Virus genome (UHGV): UHGV-1366123 | DNA length: 64,000 bases | From: a virus | Strand: one strand, 5' to 3' | In this document: positions 10,246 to 19,227 of the stretch, piece after piece | Layout of the letters: every line of letters starts with the position of its first letter | Numbering within the stretch: position 1 is the stretch's first letter | Program-made: the position numbers and the translations under genes | The notes under the pieces: model-generated | What the model saw: only the letters and a program-made list of their open reading frames with translations | The model's database searches: none | What the model was told of the DNA's origin: nothing

Positions 10246-10956
10246 TGTAATCAGAAGAGTATTTTTGAACAATTATGGGTTATTGTCGGAAGACAGTAGA
10301 TTATTTCGAATGATTATCAAAGACTATGAAAAGACGATGACTATGAAAAGACAGTCAATCATAATCGAAAGACAATGGACGATTATTGATTAATCATTGA
10401 AGACTTTGAAGGATTGTGGAATGACTATGAAGACAATGGACGATTGTTGAAAAATTCTCAAAAGACTATGAAGGATCATTGAAAGACTATGACGATTGTT
10501 GAAAATTCTCAAAGACTATGAAAAATTCTCAAAGACTTGGATTCTTGGACTAATAGTCAGACTAATTCTTGGAGATTATTCGGCTCAGTTGTCGACAAAC
10601 TGCGTGCTTATTCGTGTGTATTCCCGTGTGTATTCCCGAGTGTATACTCGTATACGCATGCGGTATTTCAAATTATCTGGAAAAGTAAATGCGAAGCATT
10701 TACAACTGGTTTGGAGAACAAACTATGCACGCTAGTGCATAGGTTTCTTCCAAACCATACATTGAGCGCAGAAATATCTTTATTTCTCAGATTAAAAATC
10801 TCCAGTTTAAACGATTGGTACCGCCAGCGTGTTAGGTGACACGCACGTAAAACTGTAGGAATTCCTGCGCTCACGTATGAAACTTTAAAAAACGTACACG
10901 TAAAACTTTAAAAAGATCCAACAATTAACATTCTTTAACATAACCTATCACCTCTC

Positions 10957-12273
10957 TTGATTATAGGAATTGTGAATAGACATCATCCGACATCAACTTC
11001 ATCTACTCATCTACTCATCTACTCATCAACTGATCAATTAATCAGACAACTCTACAACGAATTCCAACAAATGATCCTTGAGATAGAACTTAACCACTCA
11101 TCCTTGAAGAAGGGACAGAATGTTACGGAAGAGGACATTCTTATGGAAATATCTCGACTTGAGAGAGAAGCAAGTTATCAGTCCACAATTAACAAAGTCT
11201 CGAAAGTTGCTCTCAATTCAATCTATGGTGTTCTTGGTTATCACTCATTTATCCTTTACGACAGAGAAATTGCAAGATCGGTTTCGGAGCAATCTTCTCA
11301 CGTGATCCGTTACACCATTCTCTTCTTCAATAGGTATTTCCAACAGAGATTCCCAAATCATAGGGAACTACACGCAAAGATGGGGATTACAAAGTGTGAT
11401 CCGATCGATTTCAATGCGGTGAACTATGCTGACACTGATTCCGTGTTTATCCGTTACAAGGACATCATGGACAAGACCGATTACAAGGGGACTCTCGAGG
11501 AATTCGTCTTTGATATCGGTTCGTATGATCTCAATGATTGTGTCAAAGATATGCTCGAAGGCTATATTCGAAAGTTCAACGGATTCCAACAGAAGATCGA
11601 TGGACAACGTTCAATGAAGCTTGCTTTTGAAATGATCTGTCATAATGTCTTGTGGACATCGAAGAAGAAGTACATCAAGAATATCTCTTGGGAAGAAGGT
11701 GTTTATTTCAAGCCACTTGAAAACGTAGAAGTTAAAGGTCTCGACATTAACAAGAGTTCAACGCCAAAGTTTGTTCGAGAACTTCTCCGTGAGACAGTCC
11801 ACTACATCTTGCAACATAGAGAACTCAACCTTCGAGATTTCATCGACCACGTCAAGATGCAAAAATCAAAGTTCGAAAGTGCAAACGTGGAAGACGTTGC
11901 AATCTCTCAGAGAGTTAATGGTTATGAGAAATATGTGATAACTGCAAAAGATGGTGTCTTCGAATACGTCAAAGGTGTAACAATTCAGATCAGAGCTTCG
12001 AGTGTTTATAACGCAGAACTTGCAAAATCGAAGTACAAGCACAAATATCAACAGATCAGATCGGGGATGAAGATTCAGTACTACTATTCAACAGATCCTC
12101 GTAGTGATGTTTTCGCATTTGTCAACGGTGATCCTTGCTATGAGTTCCTTTATCCAATCGATTATTCTAAGCAGTTCGAAATGCTTTATCTTTCACCACT
12201 TAACAAGATAATCACATCGATTGGTGTACAAGCACTGCCTGTTTCATTGATCGCTTTCGATCCACTTTGGTAA
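10957..12273 (+). CDS. family B DNA polymerase, C-terminal fragment (fingers/palm: motif B KxxxNSxYG and motif C YxDTDS)
   Basis: KVALNSIYGVLG (motif B) and NYADTDSVFI (motif C). The region aligns to T4 gp43 from about residue 540 onward. The true start may be the internal Met (MILEIELN...) because the 5' end contains a (CATCTACT)x3 tandem repeat. Confidence 0.85.
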   Translation: MIIGIVNRHHPTSTSSTHLLIYSSTDQLIRQLYNEFQQMILEIELNHSSLKKGQNVTEEDILMEISRLEREASYQSTINKVSKVALNSIYGVLGYHSFILYDREIARSVSEQSSHVIRYTILFFNRYFQQRFPNHRELHAKMGITKCDPIDFNAVNYADTDSVFIRYKDIMDKTDYKGTLEEFVFDIGSYDLNDCVKDMLEGYIRKFNGFQQKIDGQRSMKLAFEMICHNVLWTSKKKYIKNISWEEGVYFKPLENVEVKGLDINKSSTPKFVRELLRETVHYILQHRELNLRDFIDHVKMQKSKFESANVEDVAISQRVNGYEKYVITAKDGVFEYVKGVTIQIRASSVYNAELAKSKYKHKYQQIRSGMKIQYYYSTDPRSDVFAFVNGDPCYEFLYPIDYSKQFEMLYLSPLNKIITSIGVQALPVSLIAFDPLW

Positions 12274-12280
12274 AAGACAA

Positions 12281-13093
12281 ATGAGAACTTTAAACTTTGT
12301 CTATGGTTGTGATGTCTTTGGAAAGAAGGAAGGGACTTGCGGAGATCCATTTGACGATTCAATCATAGTTCCCACGGAAAAGTCATCTTGTCCATATTGC
12401 TACGTCCGTTACAAGATGTTCCCAGCCCGTGGTTATGCCGATCAGTTTTTCCTACAACCAAAGATAAACGTTCGACACCTCCGAGATTTCATAAGTCCAT
12501 CAGAGGTCTCTGAAATCTACATCGGTTCGATAATGGGTGACTTTTTAAGTCCATCGATCGAAGACAAGGACATAGCTCAAGTCTTTGACACTTTCGGAGA
12601 TTTCCCACAACACGTCTTCTTTCTCTTGTCGAAGAATGCTGGAAGGTACTACAAATTCCTCCGAGACTACTATCAGAAACCGCTCCCAGATAACGTCATA
12701 ATTGGAACATCTGTGGAAAATGATGGCTTTCGTCATAGAGTGGATCTTCTGCGAGCATCTTTGAAGATTTCTCCAAACACAAGACTTTGGTTGGAAATTG
12801 AACCTCTTCTTGGATTTCATACAAAGACTGATTTCTCGGGGATTGAGTATGTTTCATGTTCTGCGCTTGGTCAAGATCAAATCTACTACCAGAATGGGAA
12901 ACGATTTCCGTGGGTCTTCCGTGAAGAATGGATGCAATCGATAATCGATAACGATACACTTGATAAAGAGAATCTGTCGATTTATCACAATATCAAAAAT
13001 CTCTGCACGTCCCCGATAATAAGAGATTGGGAGAATCCGAACCTCTATGAAAGGTTCTTCCACAAATCTCAAAAAGAAGAAACACTATGGTAA
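12281..13093 (+). CDS. DUF5131 (phage Gp37/Gp68 family) protein
   Basis: CPYCY motif, IYIGSIMGDF, HVFFLLSK and NVIIGTSVENDGFRHRVDLL match the conserved blocks of the Gp37Gp68 family. Confidence 0.55.
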   Translation: MRTLNFVYGCDVFGKKEGTCGDPFDDSIIVPTEKSSCPYCYVRYKMFPARGYADQFFLQPKINVRHLRDFISPSEVSEIYIGSIMGDFLSPSIEDKDIAQVFDTFGDFPQHVFFLLSKNAGRYYKFLRDYYQKPLPDNVIIGTSVENDGFRHRVDLLRASLKISPNTRLWLEIEPLLGFHTKTDFSGIEYVSCSALGQDQIYYQNGKRFPWVFREEWMQSIIDNDTLDKENLSIYHNIKNLCTSPIIRDWENPNLYERFFHKSQKEETLW

Positions 13094-13701
13094 AAATCGT
13101 CTACCTTTCAAGTTTGAAGTCATACGTGGCGAAGATCGGTGATAGATTCTTCACAGTCCGTATCGACATGGACAGATTCAACGACTACAACCCCTGTATC
13201 GACAAGAAGAAGTTCCTTTCATGTGCAGGATCTATCGAATATATCGGAGGTGTGGCAATTGTCGTTCCAATGATCAAACTTCTCGTAGAGAGAAGAGACG
13301 GAACAAAGACCTCTTCGAGATTTCTTTACAGATTGAGCTTTTCTGAAGAATCGTTTGACGAAATGATTGATAACTATCTTTTCACACTTCTGGAAATCTA
13401 CGTTACCGAAACAATTCCTTATTCCGATCTTTGGAAGTTCGAAGATGAGATAGTAGTCACTTCGGGAATTGGTGAAATGTTGTCAGTTATCGGCTTCAAT
13501 GAAAATGGAAAGCGGATCTCTGAAGGCTTCGTAAACTTTGAAAACCTCAGAACACCACAGATTTTCAAGTACTCTTCAGACATCATTGTTATCGACAGAC
13601 ATGGCAAAGACTTGAAAATCATCGTGAATGGTCTTCTTGTCGAAAGTACAAAGATGACAGTTTCCAGCATTTACAACAACGAATACCTCAACTTTAAGTA
13701 A
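13087..13701 (+). CDS. hypothetical protein
   Basis: 204-aa ORF. Its start overlaps the previous stop. Confidence 0.5.
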   Translation: MVKIVYLSSLKSYVAKIGDRFFTVRIDMDRFNDYNPCIDKKKFLSCAGSIEYIGGVAIVVPMIKLLVERRDGTKTSSRFLYRLSFSEESFDEMIDNYLFTLLEIYVTETIPYSDLWKFEDEIVVTSGIGEMLSVIGFNENGKRISEGFVNFENLRTPQIFKYSSDIIVIDRHGKDLKIIVNGLLVESTKMTVSSIYNNEYLNFK

Positions 13702-13712
13702 ACAGATAGACC

Positions 13713-14336
13713 ATGCCCAAACTAGTACTCGTAAAACTCAGACACGATAACAAGACCATAAGAACCTATGCTGTTTTGAAAGATGGTCAGTACTACGTTG
13801 TTGTCTTTGATGGTAAAAAGTTCAACGAGAAAAGATACTCTCTTGACGGCAAGTTCTGTTTGTTATTGGAAGATTATCTTGATGGGAATTTCGTCTTCTC
13901 AAGAACACTTGGAAGAGTGGTCTATGATGATGACAGTCGTGACATCTTCAGATCACAGAAGATCCTCGACAGAGTAGACATTTCGGAGGAAGTGTTTGAA
14001 AAAATGATAATCGATGAGATCATTTCTCTTGAAATGATTAAGAAGACTGATATCATCGACGATTCTTATTGGAAATTCCAAAAATCAGTCATTCTCAAAG
14101 CTGTTACAGGTAAACATTACCTCTTAGTGGAATACAAGGATGAAACAGATGGTTATTCATCATCCAAGCTTCACTACCACTATGGCAAGAACGTGGAAAT
14201 GGTCTCCGAAGGTAGAAATATTTCGATCGAACTTGACTATGCTTGTATCAAAAACATGCTTGTCGACGGAAATATAAAAGAGGAGGTTGAGGTGTCGACT
14301 TCAACCATTCTTTCAACCAGTGATTTTTTAATTTAG
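13713..14336 (+). CDS. hypothetical protein
   Basis: 207-aa ORF. Confidence 0.5.
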   Translation: MPKLVLVKLRHDNKTIRTYAVLKDGQYYVVVFDGKKFNEKRYSLDGKFCLLLEDYLDGNFVFSRTLGRVVYDDDSRDIFRSQKILDRVDISEEVFEKMIIDEIISLEMIKKTDIIDDSYWKFQKSVILKAVTGKHYLLVEYKDETDGYSSSKLHYHYGKNVEMVSEGRNISIELDYACIKNMLVDGNIKEEVEVSTSTILSTSDFLI

Positions 14337-14349
14337 AATCTGTGAAAAT

Positions 14350-14682
14350 ATGACTACACTGCTGGATGACTACTTCTCTGTGAAAGACTACACTCGGAGA
14401 ATGTTCAAGATCCATAACAAGATTCCAATGTCATACTTCTCAAAGAAGAAGACTGATGAGGAATTCGAACTGATAATCGAAATCTATAACAGACTAAAGG
14501 AACTACCAACTTACATCTACAACGACATGGAAGATGGTGAAAATGTCGACATTGCGATTGATGACAGATTCGGAGATCTTTTAGAAATTGTAGAAGAAGA
14601 TCCAATGAACCTTAAAAACATCGATCATTACAGGGAAATGTTGACACTTCTTGACACCTTGGAAGATCAGATCATAGCTTAA
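14350..14682 (+). CDS. hypothetical acidic protein
   Basis: 110-aa ORF. Hairpin 14709-14739 (CGGTCATCTT/AAGATGACCG) downstream. Confidence 0.45.
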   Translation: MTTLLDDYFSVKDYTRRMFKIHNKIPMSYFSKKKTDEEFELIIEIYNRLKELPTYIYNDMEDGENVDIAIDDRFGDLLEIVEEDPMNLKNIDHYREMLTLLDTLEDQIIA

Positions 14683-14809
14683 AGAAGAAGGGAAAACAAA
14701 AGAAGAAACGGTCATCTTGTCGTAAAGATAAGATGACCGAAACATTACTAAGTAATCAATCGCAAACAATCACAAACAACAAATAAAGATCAATCTCAAT
14801 TAAACGATT

Positions 14810-16213
14810 ATGAACATCTTCGAAGCATTCAACGAAACGAGAACGACGAATGGCGACAGAGCTTATAAGAGGTACATCGGAAATCCTTATGTCGATTTCT
14901 TGTTCAGACTTCAAAAGATCCGTGAAATCGCAAAGTACAAGGGACTTGCAGAAGTGGAGAAACTGATAATAGTCGATTATCCCGAGTTCCTTGAGAAGAG
15001 TGAGTTCAACCGCTTCTTCTCAATGTACATCAGAGATCCTCGTATGGGGATTGGTGAAAGAGAAATCGGTCGTGTTCTCTTGAAAATTCAGAACATTTCG
15101 ATCGATGATGTCATCGAAATCGGTCGTGCCGACGATATTCTCTTCACTCATTCCCCAAAAGAAGTCGTGGGTTATATCAAGGAAGCTATGGACAACGATT
15201 CCATTCGTGGCAACTATGAACTTCTGAAAAAGTGGCTTCCACGTGAGAGATCCAAGAAGTTCAAGATCATCAGAAACGAACTTCGTAGACAGAAGATTTC
15301 GAAGACAATCTACAGAGGATGGTGCGCATCACCCATGACTGTTGAAGCAGTCAGATCACGTGGTGAATTCCCAGATGATTACTCACATGTTCCTTCACTT
15401 TCTATGCTTCGACATAAGAAGGAATTCTTCAAGGATGAAAACTTCAAGAAGTATCTCGAGGAACTCAAGTCTGGGAAAACCAAGATCAATCAGTCCGTTT
15501 CTACACCATACGACATCTTGAGATCATATCGAAACACCGCCTTCAGTGGCTTTGATTATCGTTATACTGCATATGACGGAAAGGTGAATCCCAGTGAGAA
15601 GGGAATGGAACACGACACGTTCTATACAGAAGCTTTCAAGGCTTTGGGTTCGATGAACTTCGGCAAGATCATCCCAATCATCGATGGTTCTGGATCAATG
15701 TTCGACAGATACGACTCGATAGGTAAGGCTCGTTCAATTGGTCACTACGTTGCTCGCCATTCAGATTATCTTCCAAATCACTTCATCGTCTTCTCGGACG
15801 ATTCTCGGATTATGAAGTTGACTAAGGATGAAGACTTCTCCTATGTTCGGGATATGGCGATCATGGAATCGTTTGGTGACTGTACTAACACGAACTTTGA
15901 AGCAGTTTTACGTAATCTGAACAACGTGACAGCAGATCTTCCCGATTATGTCCTTGTTCTCAGTGATATGCAGTTTGACGATTCTTATGATAGAAACGAA
16001 ACACATCTTGATACGCTCAATCAGAAGGGTGTGAAGATGATCTGGTGGAATCTCTCAGTGGACAACGTCACATTACCGACTGTAAGCAAAGATGGGAACG
16101 TCTTCGTCAGTGGTTATTCACCTCAGATTCTGTCGATGCTTTCTGGAGAGTTCGATGCGGAATCCTACGTAACAAAGCTCATCGAAGACTATAAGAAAAA
16201 GAGAAGTAGATAG
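14810..16213 (+). CDS. von Willebrand factor A (vWA) domain protein
   Basis: MIDAS-type motif IIPIIDGSGSMF in the C-terminal half. Architecture resembles DUF2828-vWA phage proteins. Hairpin 16243-16276 downstream. Confidence 0.6.
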   Translation: MNIFEAFNETRTTNGDRAYKRYIGNPYVDFLFRLQKIREIAKYKGLAEVEKLIIVDYPEFLEKSEFNRFFSMYIRDPRMGIGEREIGRVLLKIQNISIDDVIEIGRADDILFTHSPKEVVGYIKEAMDNDSIRGNYELLKKWLPRERSKKFKIIRNELRRQKISKTIYRGWCASPMTVEAVRSRGEFPDDYSHVPSLSMLRHKKEFFKDENFKKYLEELKSGKTKINQSVSTPYDILRSYRNTAFSGFDYRYTAYDGKVNPSEKGMEHDTFYTEAFKALGSMNFGKIIPIIDGSGSMFDRYDSIGKARSIGHYVARHSDYLPNHFIVFSDDSRIMKLTKDEDFSYVRDMAIMESFGDCTNTNFEAVLRNLNNVTADLPDYVLVLSDMQFDDSYDRNETHLDTLNQKGVKMIWWNLSVDNVTLPTVSKDGNVFVSGYSPQILSMLSGEFDAESYVTKLIEDYKKKRSR

Positions 16214-16339
16214 TTGCTATTCTTTATTTTAGTTTGTGCCCGAGACCTCACCTTCGATATAAGAAAGGTGAGGTCTTAACATATAAGAACAATAACAATC
16301 ATCAACAATAACAATCAAAGACAATAACAATCAAAGACA

Positions 16340-17125
16340 ATGCAAACTTATCTCGATTTGCTCAAGTACGTTCTTGAAAATGGAACAGAAAGAACTGACA
16401 GAACTGGAACTGGAACAATCTCCGTGTTTGGTCATCAAGTGGAATATGACGTAAGTGAAAAGTTCCCAATACTCACCACGAAGAGAATCCACATGAGAAG
16501 TGTCATTATGGAACTTGCTTGGATGCTCAAAGGTGATACCAACGTGAAGTTCTTAAGAGACAATGGTGTGACGATCTGGGATGAATGGGCAGATGAAAAC
16601 GGAGATCTCGGAAAGATCTACGGAAAGCAATGGAGAGATTTCGGAGGGATTGATCAAATCAAGGATATCATCGACCAAATCAAGAACAACCCAGATTCAC
16701 GAAGAATAATCGTCTCGGCTTGGAATCCTGCAGAACTCTCGGAAATGGCACTTCCTCCTTGTCATTGCTTCTTCCAGTTCTACGTCGAAGGTGACCGACT
16801 ATCCTTGAAGCTTTATCAAAGATCTGCTGATCTCTTCTTGGGTGTTCCATTTAACCTTGCACAATACTCACTCTTGCTTTACATTGTTGCAAAGATCTGT
16901 GGAAAGAAACCTCATCGTTTTATCCACTCGTTTGGAGATCTTCATATCTACAAGAATCACTTGGATCAAGTAAAGCTCCAACTATCGAGAAAACCATACG
17001 AACTCGCAGAGGTAAAAATCGTGGGAGATATCGACATTGATAATATCTCCGCAAATCTCATCGATCAAATCGAAATCAAGAACTACGTTCATCATCCCAC
17101 AATCAAGGCGGATGTGAGTGTTTAA
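16340..17125 (+). CDS. thyA: thymidylate synthase
   Basis: Near full-length collinearity with E. coli ThyA: DRTGTGT, FPxLTTKR, DTNxxx[33 protein letters not shown] and the catalytic [11 protein letters not shown]. Confidence 0.95.
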   Translation: MQTYLDLLKYVLENGTERTDRTGTGTISVFGHQVEYDVSEKFPILTTKRIHMRSVIMELAWMLKGDTNVKFLRDNGVTIWDEWADENGDLGKIYGKQWRDFGGIDQIKDIIDQIKNNPDSRRIIVSAWNPAELSEMALPPCHCFFQFYVEGDRLSLKLYQRSADLFLGVPFNLAQYSLLLYIVAKICGKKPHRFIHSFGDLHIYKNHLDQVKLQLSRKPYELAEVKIVGDIDIDNISANLIDQIEIKNYVHHPTIKADVSV

Positions 17126-17140
17126 AAACTCAAGCAAGCT

Positions 17141-18136
17141 ATGCAGAAAAACTCGGAACAATGCAGAACAATGCAGAAAAAATTCGGAGCAATGTGGAAA
17201 AAACTGAAGGTGGAATTCGTCGCATATGTCGGCAAGTCCTTGTGTGTCAACGATTATACGAATCCGTTCACAGATGAGAAGTACAGAGAATCACTGAGAA
17301 AGTTGATAAATGACACTCGTGAAGGTGCGATTATTCTTATGGACGGAGAGTACTTCGAAATGATGGAAAGATCAAACTTTAGAGTTCCGTCGATTGTTCT
17401 CTTTGATTTTCAACACAAAGACACCAAAGATACGAAGTTCATCTGTTCATACAGTCAACTTTGTGATTTCCTTCGTGGGAGAAACGAGAAGGTCTTCGTT
17501 ATAGGTGGATACGACACATGGGCATCGCTTGTTCAGTACGTCTCCAAAATCCACTTCCTCGTCACTGATGAGAAATGGAACGAGGAAATGACAAGACCAT
17601 TCTTGGATGATGTTCATAAAGTGTGTAAGATAACAAACTACTCAGAATTCCCTAACGGAATAATCCACCAAGAACGTGAATTTGCAGACAATGTTGTGAT
17701 TTGCAACAGTTATGTTTCTAAAGACAAAGGATGTGAACTTTACTGTTGGGATGTTCTTTCACATGTGAATTCTGAAGGTGAACCTGTAAACAGAATACTT
17801 TCGAATGGTGTATCGACAATCGTCGGAGGAGGTGATACGATTTCGATCGTTACAGATTTCAAGATGTACAGAATACCGCCCACAACTGATATCCGTGTTG
17901 TGGAAAATCCTCGTTTCCGTTCGCTTGGTGTTGTTATGCAGTCGTGTAAAATCTCTGGTGGCGACATTATCATTTCTTTTACCAACAACTCACCACACCG
18001 TGTTATGTTGGACTATAAGAAAGTGGTTGCTAATATTCACATAATCGGAGACTACAAACTCATAGGTTGTAATAACGATTTCTCAGAGAATATGGAAACC
18101 AGCAAATGGGGAACTAAACTGATCAAACACTCATAA
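17141..18136 (+). CDS. DHFR-like (degenerate) N-domain fused to a beta-barrel dUTPase-like C-domain; paralog 1 of 3
   Basis: VFVIGGYDTWASLVQYVSKIHFLVTD parallels the DHFR VIGG region of the 19228 gene. The C-terminal GGGDTISIVTD ... GGDIIISF resembles dUTPase motifs 3 and 4. The 5' end carries a tandem CAATGCAGAA repeat, so the true start is uncertain. Confidence 0.5.
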   Translation: MQKNSEQCRTMQKKFGAMWKKLKVEFVAYVGKSLCVNDYTNPFTDEKYRESLRKLINDTREGAIILMDGEYFEMMERSNFRVPSIVLFDFQHKDTKDTKFICSYSQLCDFLRGRNEKVFVIGGYDTWASLVQYVSKIHFLVTDEKWNEEMTRPFLDDVHKVCKITNYSEFPNGIIHQEREFADNVVICNSYVSKDKGCELYCWDVLSHVNSEGEPVNRILSNGVSTIVGGGDTISIVTDFKMYRIPPTTDIRVVENPRFRSLGVVMQSCKISGGDIIISFTNNSPHRVMLDYKKVVANIHIIGDYKLIGCNNDFSENMETSKWGTKLIKHS

Positions 18137-18155
18137 GAACAATCACAAACAAAAG

Positions 18156-19214
18156 ATGAAGAAGAACAAGACCGAAATCGAAATGATCCTATTTGTCAAT
18201 GACAAAGGCAAGACAGTCAACGCCCAGAAGTTGTTATCTTCACCCTCCGAAAGTGATCTTCGAGACTATATCGGAAAGATTACAACTGGGAACATCATCG
18301 TCTTTGATGAGGACACGTGTTCTACACTTATCGCTCCATTACCAAACAGAATCTGTGTTGTAATTACCCAGAACAAGGACTTCAATCGTGAAGGGTTTGT
18401 TCGTGTAGAATCTATCCGAGATTTCATCGACATGCTCGGTACGAAGTTCGACAGATATCGTGATGTTTACGTAATGGTCGACAACATTCACATCGCAAGA
18501 AGCTTCATGGGTCATGTCGATAGAGTGAAGATGGTGGAAGTCAAAGGATCAAAGAACCACGACAGATACGAACTCTCTGATGTTCCTTACAAGACAATCA
18601 CTGATATTCGTCGATCTTCGAACGTTGTCGGTGAATACTCTCTCAATGATCTCGTAAAAATCATTGATTATGAGTTTAAAGACAACGTCTTCATGTGCAC
18701 AGCAAGTGTTGATGGCTTTGGATGTTGTGGTGTCTGTGCACGAGAACCAAGAATCCATGTCGACAGCTTTGGTGAAACTGTGAGAAGAAAGTCGGACTGT
18801 CGTGAATCCATAGTCCTTCACAAAGGTGATAGAGTTTTCATGAAGACTGATATCGAGATTTACAGAATTCCCAAGAACGTTTATGTCGATATCAAGACAA
18901 TCTTACATGGCTTTATCTGTAACGGAATCTCTGTGGAATCGTCGAGTATCGCTGACGGTGTCGTCTGTGTTGGACTGATAAACATGGGATCGAAGCCTGT
19001 CACCATTCACAAGGATCAAACAATTGCCATAATGGCGGTCAGAGGTGATCATGAGTTCTTGAAAGTAGAGCATAAAGACTTCCCACGTGAAAAAGTCGAT
19101 GGGTGGAATAACTTCGAACGTGAAGACGAAGATGAAAATCGTCGACCACTAAAGGATGAGTGTTGTGTGGGTAGTATAATGGAACGTTGTGAAGACAGCG
19201 ATTATGACTTTTAA
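18156..19214 (+). CDS. DHFR-like (degenerate, GG motif lost) N-domain fused to a dUTPase-like C-domain; paralog 2 of 3
   Basis: N-terminus collinear with the DHFR fold pattern (IIVFDEDT ... PLPNRICVVITQ). C-terminal ADGVVCVGLINMGSKPVTIHKDQTIAIM resembles the dUTPase GxIDxDYRGE ... kGdRIAQ blocks. Confidence 0.5.
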   Translation: MKKNKTEIEMILFVNDKGKTVNAQKLLSSPSESDLRDYIGKITTGNIIVFDEDTCSTLIAPLPNRICVVITQNKDFNREGFVRVESIRDFIDMLGTKFDRYRDVYVMVDNIHIARSFMGHVDRVKMVEVKGSKNHDRYELSDVPYKTITDIRRSSNVVGEYSLNDLVKIIDYEFKDNVFMCTASVDGFGCCGVCAREPRIHVDSFGETVRRKSDCRESIVLHKGDRVFMKTDIEIYRIPKNVYVDIKTILHGFICNGISVESSSIADGVVCVGLINMGSKPVTIHKDQTIAIMAVRGDHEFLKVEHKDFPREKVDGWNNFEREDEDENRRPLKDECCVGSIMERCEDSDYDF

Positions 19215-19227
19215 AGAATAATCGATT

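Larger units (their letters stand above)
9662..10956. promoter_or_regulatory. 1.3 kb non-coding divergent-transcription hub containing PeSL-like cassettes, about 25 AAAGAC(A/T)ATG iterons and minigenes, direct repeats and palindromes; a candidate replication origin or control region
   Basis: No credible ORF. Flanked by a leftward gene (ending 9661) and a rightward gene (starting 10957). Repeat content described in the findings. Confidence 0.5.

Noticed and set aside
9890-10530. Possible CRISPR array suggested by many short direct repeats
   Set aside because: Repeats are only 9-22 bp, irregularly spaced (10-25 bp), degenerate and AT-rich, with no uniform spacers.
9662-10956. tRNA genes in the large non-coding regions (also checked 3694-4051 and 20328-20573)
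   Set aside because: No GTTCGAATC-type T-arm or cloverleaf-compatible inverted repeats were seen by eye. Cannot fully exclude without tRNAscan.
17141-17210. Tandem CAATGCAGAA(AAA) repeats at the 5' end of the first DHFR-like paralog, considered as a separate regulatory element
   Set aside because: Only about 2.5 short copies. Most simply a local duplication affecting start-codon choice. Folded into the feature note.
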